This document shows positions 50,030 to 61,381 of a DNA stretch of 64,000 nucleotides, piece after piece. The notes under the pieces were generated by a model, which was not told the DNA's origin, searched no databases, and worked only from the letters and a program-made list of their open reading frames with translations. The number at the start of each line of letters is the position of its first letter. The stretch's first letter is position 1. The stretch spans positions 64,346 to 128,345 of the forward strand of contig MNCI01000167.1 in assembly GCA_015680685.1 (NCBI GenBank), written 5' to 3'. The translations under genes and the position numbers were made by a program. This stretch comes from Gnetum montanum (taxonomy: Eukaryota; Plantae; Gnetophyta).

Positions 50030-53000
50030 GATCTATTGAAAAATAAATGCATACGAGAGTCTTCATTTGCCCTTAGTCTTGAATGGAACTGATGGCAAAC
50101 TCATGAGACGTATAAACACAAAAATTTTGGACTTTGAACCGCATACCTATGAGACCAACATAGCATCCCTAGAGACATTGCTAGATTGGTTGGGACATCT
50201 AGTTAGAGCTCTAGACTTAGAAGCAGGTGACATGACCAAGGATCCCCTCATAGAAGTCCTAGTAACAACATGCAAAGGTGAGGTGAAGACATTGAAACTT
50301 AGTTCCTTGTTAGAGCCTCAAATCCAACAAAGCATCTGTAAATTCCTTAGTGACAATGTTAAGGCATTTGCATGGTCCTACAAGGACATGTTGGGCTTAG
50401 ACCCATGTATAATATAGCATAACATTATCCTAAATTCATGCATGAAACTAGTTAAACAAAAGGCTTGTAAAGTTAAGCTTGAGGTCATGTTGGTCATCCA
50501 TGATGATATCACTAAGCTTTACAAAGTTGGTTTCATCTAGGTAGTTGACTATGTTGACTGGGTTTCAAACATCATAGTTTTCCCAAGAAAAATAAAAGTA
50601 TATGCATTTGCATAGACTTTTGAGACCTAAACAAGGTAACCATTAAAGATGATTTCCCATTGCCTAGTATTGGCCAACTCATCAATACTATAGCTGCACA
50701 TGCCTTATTGTCATTCATGGACAGGTTCTCGGGGTACAACCAAACTCGCGTCAACCCAGAGCACCTACTTAGCACTACTTTCATGGCCTCATAGGGTACA
50801 TTTTGTTATACAGTGATGCCCTTTGGACTAAAGAATGCATGAGCAACACATCAATGTGCAATGACATACATGTTTAGTGACTATTTATTAGACTTGCTCA
50901 ATGACTACATTGATGACATAGCAATCAAGTCCAAAGTGGCTCATGACCACATAGATGACTTGGACAATGTCCTCAAACATTGCCTTAGACATGACCTTAG
51001 GAGTAATCCCAAAAAGTATGTCTATGGCATAAAAACTAGTCACATGTTAGGCTTTGTGGTATTAGAAGTAGGAATACATGTGGACCCCAACAAGGTTAAG
51101 GCTATCACCAACTTGGCACCACTAACAAACCTTAAGGAGTTACACAAGTTACAAGGTAGGTTGCAATTCATATGTAGGTTTATTGAAAGGTTGATTGATA
51201 AGTTGCAGCCAATGCAACATTTGCTCCAAAAGGGGATCAGCTTTGAGTGGACAGATCAATGCCAAGAGGCATTTGACAACCTAGAAAAGGAGTTGGCTCA
51301 ACTTCTAACAGTTTACCCTCCAAAAGGAGATAAACCTTTCTACATTTACCTTGCAACCTCAGACATGTCCATTGCTTTCCTACTTTGCCAAAAGTGAGAC
51401 GATGGCTTTGAGGTCCCTATTTACTACTTAAGCCATGCACTAGTAGCACACGAGGCAAAATATAATGATGTGGAGAAGAACTGTCTCACCTTAGTCTTTG
51501 CACTTAAAAAGTGGAGACACTACCTTTTCCACAGCCAAGTCAATGTCATCTGCAAGAGCAACGTACTTAGGGCTATTACAACAAACATATATGATAGTAG
51601 TAGAATAGCAAGGTGGAAGGCAATAACCATAGAGTTGGACCTGCACTATGTAGTGTAGGAATCTACAAAAGGTCAAGCAATAGCCACACAACTCACGACT
51701 TCACCCATAGACGATCAAGCAACAATATATCTAGAATTTCTAGATGAGCATGTCAATAGTATAAGCTAGGTACCTACAAATTTTGAGGCTATTTTAGACT
51801 TTGATGATGCTTTGACCACACAAGGTGGTAGTGACACTACTGTTATCACATTCTCCTCTAGGAAGATCTGACCCTTCACATACCACTTTGCATTTTCTTG
51901 TACAAACAACGTGGTGGAGTATGAAGGTCTCCTTAGAGGCATGTTAGAAGCTCAAGAGTTAGGAATTCAAAACATAGTAGTTCGAGGTGATTCACAGCTA
52001 TTTATTAACCAAGTCACAGAGGTTTATGCTTGTAAGGCACAACATCTACAACCTTACTATGATTTGGCAAAGCACTTGCTTAAACAAGTTGCAACTATAT
52101 ATGTCCAACATATACCCCGCAATGAAAATGCCATAGCTGATGCACTAGCTACTTTAGCCTTAAGCATAGCGACAAATATTTTTTCTACTTTTCCCACTTC
52201 AATAGTGGATTGCATTGAACCTATAACTCACACAAAAAGCATCACATCCATAAGTACGACTCATTCCCAAGAGTGGTATGATGATAATAAGTCATACCTC
52301 CAATAGGGAGAGCCTCCACAGAATCTAACATCTACCCAAAAGGACAAAATACAAAAATAATCATGGCAATATGTCCTTTTAGGTGATAATACCTTATGTC
52401 AAAGATCCTATGATGGAATATTGTTAACTTGCGTTAGTGGTAGTGAAGTGCAAAAGATCATTGACCAAGTCCATGAAGGACTATGTGGGGGTCATATAGC
52501 TCATAGGGTAATGACGGAAAAATCAGATGTTTAGGCTATTATAGGCCTTACATGGAGCATGATTGCATCTCTAAGGTTAGGACTTGTAATGTGTGTTAGT
52601 GGCATGGGAACATAATGCATGTGCCACCCACTAAACTGCACACCACATAGACCATGTGGCCATTCCAACATTGGGGGTTGGACATCATAGGACCTATAAT
52701 GCCTAAATCTTCCGTGGGATACAACTTCATCATTACTGCAACTGAGTATTTCACAAAGTGGGTTGAAACCATTCCCCTTAGGAAGACAACATTGCAGCAA
52801 GTTTACAAATTCATTCTTGACAACATAGTAACTCGGTTTAGTCTCCCCATGACTATAGTCATAGACAATGGGCCACAATTTAGCAGTGCAAAAACCAAAG
52901 CCTTCTGTGAAAACCTTGGCATCAAACACTCTTTCTCATCACCATACTAATCATAGGTGAATAGTCAAGTGGAGGCTACAAACAATGTCATCGTCAACCT

Positions 53001-53512
53001 TTTGAAGAGGATGCTTAACAATAGCAAGCGACAATGGCATGAACAACTATTCTACGTACTATGGGCCTATCGCACAACATGCAGAATTGCGACAAGTAAA
53101 ACAACATATAGTCTTGTGTATGGATTTGAAGCAATGTTGCCTCTTGAATTGTAGGTCCCATCACTCCACATGATCCTTTTGAGCTTCATTGATGAGGTTC
53201 AGAATAGTGGGTTGAGAACCATCGACCTTGACTCTATAGAGGAGGAGCATATGCAAACACTTGAATACATCAAGTGGTACCAAGAGAAGAAATGACAAGC
53301 ACCATCAAAATTAGCATCAATGCCCAACCAAGAAAGGGGACTTGGTCCTCAAGGTCATCCGCAAGCTTGCGGACAAATTCTCAGCGAACTAGGAAGGGCA
53401 TTTCTTGGTCACTAAGGTGTACGACAATAGAGCCTTCAAGCTCACTGATCTAGATGGTAATGAATTTGCCAATCCTATTAACCACTTGTATATGAAGCCA
53501 TACTATACATGA
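50030..53512 (+). pseudogene. Ogre/Tat pol: RT - RNase H - additional (archaeal-type) RNase H - integrase
   Basis: RT FAWSYKDM.GLDP, MPFGLKNA, YIDD; RH EKNCL.LVFALKKWRHY; aRH EYEGLL.G...GDSQL..NQV..HIPRNEN..ADALA (51911-52306); INT WPFQHWGLDIIGP..EYFTKWVE..DNGPQF; stop at 53510-53512. Confidence 0.95.
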
Positions 53513-53554
53513 TATGTAGTATCACACCAATGATAGGAGCAAGGTAGGCAGACA

Positions 53555-53860
53555 TCCGCTATGATGTTAAGCTATTATAGACGTTTGCTACGATGTTAAA
53601 CTAGCACAGATGTCTACTACAATGTTAAACTAGCATAGAACATCCTTGGGCTATGACATTAAATTGGCACCCACAGCATGATCCACTATGACCTTAAATT
53701 GGCCATCCACCATCTACTACCACGTTAAACTAGCACAGTGGTTTGCTAGAACCTTAAACTAGCACATCATGGTCCTTTTAGACCTTAAACTAGGATCATA
53801 GTTTGCTAGGACCTTAAACTAGCACAACAAGCAGTCTACCAAGACCTAAAACTGGGTTTG
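53555..53860 (+). repeat. Array of CTAYGAYSTTAAACTAGCAC-like units in the Ogre/Tat 3' UTR
   Basis: About 10 copies of a ~30-bp unit, e.g. ctacgatgttaaactagcac and ctaggaccttaaactagcac. Confidence 0.85.
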
Positions 53861-55439
53861 CAATTCAACATGTATAGTTCAACACACATAGTTTTACGGA
53901 CAAGCAAGCCAGAATACTTCCAATATTTTGTCACTTGCCCACACCTCTTAGGCAGGATTGGGTGGGGCATTGCAATTCTAGAATGAAGTTCACATCATCA
54001 AGGAAAAACCCTCAAGGACATTTACAACATTAGCATCCTCAGCATTTTTTTGATCTTCTAGAGATGTTGTTTGGCATCTTGTTGACCTTCTAGAGCTACC
54101 ATCACCACTGCCAATCATTCTGGTCATAGCTCTTGCTATCAGTAGCACTCACTAGAGTCCCAATAGTACTATGGCCCAGGCACAACACTACCATCCTCTG
54201 GCCCTCACCATCGCTTGAGCCTAGAAGAACGTCCAACAATGTAATTCTCTACCATGTTGTTGGGTTTCTTGGCTCTTTCCTTTGGTGAGAACTTCTAAGC
54301 ACTTGCATCACCATCACCTCTAGCCACTTGGTTGCTCACTTTTGGTATGGCTATTGGAGTTTTCCAGCCTGCCACCATCAACGCCTGCACTAGCCTTCTT
54401 GTTTTGGACATCGCACACAATTGACGTAGCACTTGCAGCCCTTGCAATGCCCTTGGTAGACAAGACTTTGGCCTCATCTCATGTGGTGGTTGTTTTTCTT
54501 GTTTTCTCTATGTTGCATTTGCAGGATGAAGCCTGGGCGACATCATTCAAGGATGCATTTCATCATGATGGCAAGGCATTGCATTGTTCCAATGTGTTTA
54601 CTTTGGCTCACCTAGCTACTTAAGAGTGCACATCCCTACTATCTCCTCAGCTAAACTAACCTTTACCTCTTGATCTTGCAATCTCTCACATCCCTTGCAA
54701 GCTTCCCTAGTGCACATGAAACCTTTCTTGCAGTTAGCTGCTGAATCCATGAAAGATGTAATGCAAGTCATCCCATGTGGAGCCTTTGTGGGCTGGTCAA
54801 ATCCCCAAATAGATGTAACATAACTCATCCTAGGGAGGAAACACCTATCCTACAAATGCCACGTAGTTGCCTCTAAGCAAATGTTGGTGTACAGTTCGCC
54901 CAACAACACAAAAGGAAGCAAAAAAAAAAAAAAAGAAAAAAGAAAAAAGAAAAGAAAAGAAAAGAAAAGAAAATAGAAGAAAAAATAATATATAGATAAA
55001 GAATAAAAAAATAAAAAAGAGAAGAAGATAAAAGAAGAAAAGAAAATGGGACAAGCCAAGTGACCAAGTCAAATGGCATAGTTGTCATCTCTCAACCAAT
55101 TCGGCCCTAGATTGATTGTCTCACAAGCACTCTGATGAGATGTTGAAATCCAAAGGGTAGGCCACCTTCACATGTTAACTCCCTCACAAGCACTTTGATG
55201 AGGGATCATGCTATGGCGACAAGCCATCATGACATTGGACCCTATAGTTATCCTCTCCATCCATTGTCCCTTGATCCATCTCCCTAAACTATTCTATATC
55301 ACAACTCATTTCCTTAGCACTCTGAAGCATAGTGAAGCATTGTACAAGTGGACGCTAATGGATGGTGTTGGTGTCATGTTCATCATGGTGTTTTGTATTC
55401 TTTGTTGATGTCTCTCGGGTTAATCCTCTAGACGTCAAC

Positions 55440-55450
55440 AGAGAGGGGCC
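55440..55450 (+). promoter_or_regulatory. Polypurine tract
   Basis: agagaggggcc immediately before the TG that starts the 3' LTR at 55453. Confidence 0.8.
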
Positions 55451-55452
55451 AA

Positions 55453-57328
55453 TGAAACACCACCAATTTTGGGCTCATGCAGTTCAATGCAGATTTGTCT
55501 AAGAATCAAAACTTGGGTAAAATTTTTTTAAGTTTGGTGTCATGCTAGGCAATGTAGACAACATAGCATACTAGAGGTCCTGATTTTTGCAAAATTTTCC
55601 TAAGTTTGCCTACTACGCTCCATAGCATAGCTAGCATAGCACACACTTCCATGGCTAGTCTACACAAATGTCAAGCCATAAGTGATCAAGGGTTGCTTAG
55701 GATGGACCAAATAGTTTGGAAAATTTTCTATCGCCCAAACTATCAAGCTTGCTACGCTCTCCAGCTTGCCCAGCTTGACACATGTCTCAGTTGCCAGTTC
55801 ACCCAAGTACTAGGCTAGAGTCTATCAAAAGTGCTCATGATGGATGAAATAGTTTGGCAAATTTTCTATCTTTTGGGTTGTCATGCTCTACTACGCTACA
55901 CAACATAGCCAGCTTGATAGGTTTTAGGGTCAGATTTTGTCTAAGTGTTGAACAAGGATCTGTCAAGCTATCTAGACATGGGAGATGCATTTGGCAATTT
56001 TCTAACTTCCAAGGCTATCTATGCTGCTACAACCTAGAGTGTGGTCAGCGTGCCATGAATAAACATTGCAAAATTTATCAAATTCATCAAAGTACTAGTG
56101 CTATGCTCTACTATGCTACGCAATGTAGACAACATGACTGGCATAGTAGGTCAAAATCTACAAAAATTTTAATAAGTGTTCATGCTATGCTCTATCATGT
56201 TGTGCAGCGTAGACAACATGACACATGGAAAATGCCTCCAAATGCCTCTAGAAGCTCCTCAAACTTGGCATCAACCTTTATTTTAGCTCTGACATCCCTC
56301 CAATAGATAAGACTAGTATTTTGCCTTGCTTTTGCATCCCCCATTGATCCCAAAAATTATCCTTATGCTTGACCCTACTTGAAAGAGGGGGAAGACATAG
56401 TCCCTAAGTGTAGATTCCAAGTTGCATTTGTTTTGACACTGTTTGTAGGTACATGGTGGTCTCCTAGAGTCTAGCACATGAAATCTATGTGGTGTGGTTA
56501 CAGTTTGGTAGTTTTTGAGTTTCCATTTTTGTCTTGCAAAGCATAACACTTTGAGCTTCACATTTTGAGCATAACATGTCAGTGTGACTCGACAATGCCC
56601 ATGCTACGTGGAACCTAGGCCACGTGGCACCTAGTCCGCATCTCACATCAACCCTAGCCCTATAAATACCATGATGATCGACATTTTAGAGGTCGGCAAA
56701 TCATTTTGAGCATTAAGCATTAGAGAACTCCTAGAATCTTCACTACTCCTGCATCTGAGCACCTGAGCTTGACATATTTGCAAGTACTATGAGATTGTCT
56801 CCATTGCACCCACATAGCATGACAACCACTAACCCAGCAAGTTCAACCTCCTTTGTAGCTGCCAACATTGCATCCATGATGTCTTAGAGACTATGATCAC
56901 ACTACTACGCTATTGCTATGCCTGTTTGAACATCGTGTACTAGCTTCAAACATTATTCAATCAAAAGTTGTGCTCCCTAATCTTTGGGTAGTGCATTTCT
57001 CCACCTTTGTACATTGGTTCGATATTCTTAGCATTTGTTTCAAATTTTTTAGCATTACTCTTGCACTTTCTTCTACTGTCGATACACATTTGCATTTTCA
57101 CGTTATGTTACATTCTTGCTTGTTGTCCCAGCTCCCCCATGAAGCTCACTAAAAAGTCTTTTTACAAATGGTTATTGTTACACTACATAAGTCCCTGTTT
57201 GACCAACCAGACCGTTCAAGGCATCTTGTTTTCTTTTCCCCTAGCATGACCCTCACACAGATTTGGGGTTAGGCTGTACGCTAGCAGAGCTCTTGGTGTT
57301 TTAGCCATTGACATTTTTGGATGTCATA
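55453..57328 (+). repeat. Ogre/Tat 3' LTR
   Basis: Starts tgaaacaccacc, ends ggatgtcata, followed by TSD cacat. Differs from the 5' LTR mostly by transitions. Confidence 0.93.
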
Positions 57329-57517
57329 CACATCAGAGGGAGAAGCATGAAAGACATACTAGTGAATTTCCCTCAAATGGCTTCAATAGAAGTTAATATC
57401 TTCATGTGTAGTGTTAGCAATTATAGTCCCTAATAAAGACACTGATGAGATGAAGATGTGCATTGATTCTATGGTTGTTGATAGGATAACTAGCAAGTAT
57501 TATTTTTCTATTTCTAG

Positions 57518-58385
57518 TGATGAGTGATTGGGTATTCCAACGCTCAACCATATAAGTCATGAGTGTTCACGTGTGACCTAATCATAATCCATGTATGGAT
57601 AATGTAAGTATACTAGTAGTTGAAGTTTAGTTCACAATTGTTGTCTTCTTATGTAGAGTTAGCAAAGTTTAACTTGTATGGTTTAATTGTTGGTAAGGTA
57701 TATGATATGTTGATGTTGTTTGGATTGAATTACATTAAGTGCCAACATGGTGAAAATGATAATACAATCTAAGTCTAAGTATAATGAAAGTATAAATCTA
57801 TTTTAGTGTATGGACGATAAGAAATTGTTCCTAATTTTCCATACATGTTCTAGGCTAATGTAACCATTACTAGGATCACAAAGTAATTTCACTACCAAGT
57901 GAATCAAGTGAAGTCACTACTGGGTTACCAAATAGTTACATGTTCCATTTAAAACTAGTCATACTTATATTTCCTTACTAAGATACATTAGAAAAGTAAA
58001 GTACTTAGAAAATGTAAATGACTTAATAAAAGCAAACATTATGAAAAGTAAAATTAAGCTAATTGAGAAGCTGCAATGGTAAAAAGTAATCTCAATCTTT
58101 ATTTTCAACCATGAAGTACATACAAGAAAAATTCACTTAAAAAATGTTTCTATACAACATTCTTTTATTAGACTATAGACATTCACTCTAACTCTAAGTC
58201 TAATTCATGAAAACAAACTGTAATAATTCTGCTAAGTGTTGGTGAAAGTTCATTATTTCGATGTAATGGTTGATTGGTATTTATGGACATGACCATGACC
58301 CACTACATCACATCTATGATGATGTATGAAGAGCTATGATATTGTAGATACAATATAATAGTTGCATGACATAATGGTTTTATCA
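57518..58385 (-). repeat. Putative 3' LTR of the Athila-like element
   Basis: TGAT...ATCA termini, preceded by a short G tract. The partner LTR is outside the window. Confidence 0.5.
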
Positions 58386-58619
58386 TACCCCTATGATTGA
58401 TTGAAAACTTGTTCTCAAGTTAAAACAAAAGAAGGATAGAGTTTCTTACAAAATTTAAGGGGTTATATACAAACTATGATACCATGACTTATACACATGA
58501 CTGACTCTATTATGAATGTTGCATTGTGGTTTGAGTGGTGTTTAGAAAATTATGAGGTAGTGCATGATTGACACATATGATAAAACAAAATTAAAAAAAA
58601 TAAAATAAAGCTTGATGTA

Positions 58620-61381
58620 GCCCTTATGTTCCAGGTCGTGGTGGCTCCTCCATCAACTTCTTCCCTTTGCTATCAGGTTTTTGAAATTGGTATTTGTTAA
58701 GGAGTGCTTGAAGCATCTCTTCTTCTAATCTTGGCTCATGTAATGTCCAAGAAATTCTACAATGTTTGCTAGAGTCAATACTTCCCATAGACATGGCAAT
58801 TGTGGGAACATCTTATTGGCTTTCACATATCATGTCAAAAATTGCCTTCTTTCATCTTCGAAAGATCTAGCTATTTTTTTTAACTCTTGGTAATTGGTCA
58901 TCATCCTAGCAAATTTTGCTACAATATCATTTTGGTCCTAGTAGTTGGCTTTGAACACATGTAGTTTAGAATTTGTAGGATGAAGCTTTTGTTATGCATC
59001 CTTTCTATTTGCAAAATTCTTCTCGTAAAATGCATACACTAAAGCCACCTACTGCTCTAGTTCTATTTTGGGTTTGCTTGTTATCAGCATGGCTAGATTA
59101 GCATATCAAAGATTTGCTAATGCCATGTACTTTGTCAAATCCTCTATCTCTAGGTCTTGGTTTTTAACTTTGGCTTGGTGCACCAGGGCAAGACTATCCA
59201 AGATTGGCTACTAATAAGGTTTTTGCATTGTGATGGAATTAATCTTAGATTTAGCCATTTGGATTGTCTTCTGATTCATTTTCATGTACATGCCCACCTA
59301 ATATTTGAAGTGCTTCTTTAGCCATTCATACTTCTTAGTCTCATTTTGCTATGTGTTGATTTTAATGAATAACGTTTGGCATATAATGCTAACTTCTTCC
59401 ATGGCTAGGATTCTATTTTCTTTGGTGAATTTTTTGATGTTGACTTTTCCCCAAGTAAATTTCTCCCTCAGCTAATGAATTCTTTCTTCCAACACATTTT
59501 TCTACTTCTTAATATTTGTCAACCTCATATTTTTAGTAGCAATTTTCTTATTTTCCTCTTCTAATGTAATTAGGGCTTTAACATAAGCATAGGCTTGAGC
59601 ATCTACCATTGAGGAATTTCACACTACCTTCTCTTTTTCCATCTCCAATTGGGCATATCTAACCGTCTATTGGTCCATTTTTTTAGTTTTGAATTACTTG
59701 ATCTAGTCAAATGTGATGTACTATTTATGGTCTTGCCTTTCTATTCTTAGCATGATCAATTCCTCTTGTAGCTACTGCACTTCATTTTTAGAATGTTCTA
59801 CTCTAGTTTTAGCTATTATCAACTTGCCCTTAGCTAAAATTAACTTCAAATGCACCATAGTAATATCACTTGGGATATCAAAGAGATTTTGCATTATACT
59901 TGTCTAGTCTATAGCAGTCGGTCTAATATGTCTTATGGCTCTTCTAGAGCCCTAGTTTCTACATCCTTTTTTCTAGTGATATTAGTTGGTGGCACAATGG
60001 AAATATTGAAAGATTCCTTGAGATAGTCAGTGATAACTTTAGTTGCTCCTATTGCATCATGGTGTTGCATGACTACTACTATGGCTCCTTCTCTTATTTC
60101 TAACATTATCTAAAAGGATGTAGTATTCCTAGATATTTTTTGTGTCTAGTATTTATTCTCTCTTACTTGCAATAATATTTGACCACTTGAAAATCCTTTT
60201 GATAATACAAGCTTGCTTATATTGTCTCTTATTCTATACATACTAGAGACCTCTCTACTTCCCTAGTTTATGGTTTTAACAATCTTTTGTAGATGGATTA
60301 TTGAGGGTTTGTAATCTTGTTGTGCCTAAGGAGCACTTGGCCCTGGTCTATCAATAGCTAGTATTGACCCACTAGATCCTACTTGCTCTGTTCCTATAGC
60401 CAGAATGTTTCTTACTAATGTAGATCTAGTTGCTCCTTCACTACCTACTGGATTTTCCACTTGATTCTTCTTCGATGATACTATTTTTAAAATTTTAGCA
60501 TATGAAGCATTCTTGGCCTTTTGAAGAACATCATTGGTGTAACCAAGAATTCTTACTTGTCGACATAATTTTCTAATAAGGCAAGGAAATGGTAGAATGA
60601 GCTTCCTTGGATTCTTTACCTCAAATCTTCTTTGAATTTTCAAAAATAATAGATGAGCCATGTTAGCCTAGAATTTCCTCATAAAAATGTTGATTCTTCT
60701 AGTGGTGTCAGTAAAAATTCTATTTAATATTTTTGTGGGGAAGATATGGTTAGTCCCAATATTAAAGTAGATGTTTTTGGTTATGGACAATCCACTATAT
60801 TTCTATTAACTAGTCTCATAGATCCTTTGTAGCCATAGCTTCCTTAACTCTATATCAAACCTTGTAGACATTTGGATGATGTTGGCTTTGATGTTTGGAA
60901 TGTTGGGTGCCTTGGATATCATCTCAACTGAATAGGGCACTCTAATTCCTTCTATCTTTGCTGTAGCATCATCTTGCTTATTCATCCAAAACTAGTACAC
61001 TTCTCCTAGGTACAATTCACCATTACATGAGATTGTAGATCATAGAGAAGAGGCTTGGAGTTGTTCTCAAACTTATGTAGGAGCAAACTTCAAGAATGGT
61101 CCAAAGTTCAGTTCCACTATGATAGTGGACATGATAGAATTTTCTTGGATTACTGGAAGACATTCATCTGATAGTGTGAGGTGCTATCCTTGCTCTTGAG
61201 TACGTGGTGCTTTAGCTTTAGCTTATGTAGATTATCCTATAGCAGGCATTGATTGTTGGATAATATAGAATTAAGCATCTTGCTCTTTAGGTGGGGTATG
61301 TTCTCTAGCTTGTCCTCTTCCTCTAGGTCTCTTTCTCCTTTGTTGTGACAATCCTTCTACTGTGGATCTTTGAGGAGGCAT
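58620..61381 (-). pseudogene. Gypsy extra ORF: Transposase_32 (PF20167)-like domain plus long coiled coil
   Basis: tgtag|ATG MPPQRS...; GELYLGEVY*FWMN..ATAKIEGIRVPYSVEMISK; ANMAHLLFLKI..LPFPCLIRKLCRQV (ORF 60326-60661); E/K/L-rich helical region ~59850-59000. Confidence 0.7.

Larger units (their letters stand above)
38199..57328 (+). mobile_element. Full-length Ogre/Tat-type Ty3/gypsy LTR retrotransposon (19.1 kb)
   Basis: Paired ~1.87 kb LTRs, 5-bp TSD CACAT (38194-38198 and 57329-57333), PBS, PPT, and gag-PR // RT-RH-aRH-INT domain order. Confidence 0.95.
35031..57517 (+). mobile_element. CRM-like gypsy element (5' LTR, gag, PR, RT start), interrupted by the Ogre/Tat insertion and cut by the Athila-like insertion
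   Basis: LTR termini TGATGAGAAC...GTCCTCATCA; Met-type PBS remnant; MAPKK gag start at ~36406; knuckle remnant ~37310; Y.DKV.YDI..IDCADLIL.RPWNFD; IQHQTDF..IPNERAYQM, which continues after 57333 as VP.KD..MCID....IT.KY.F.I. Confidence 0.8.

Noticed and set aside
53555-53860. Regularly spaced repeats resembling a CRISPR array
   Set aside because: Eukaryotic LTR-element 3' UTR, degenerate units with very short spacers, no cas genes.
54845-55088. Phe-rich 'membrane protein' ORFs (also 7352-7741, 45677-45895, 48043-48282)
   Set aside because: Artefacts of A-rich or T-rich low-complexity and intronic tracts.
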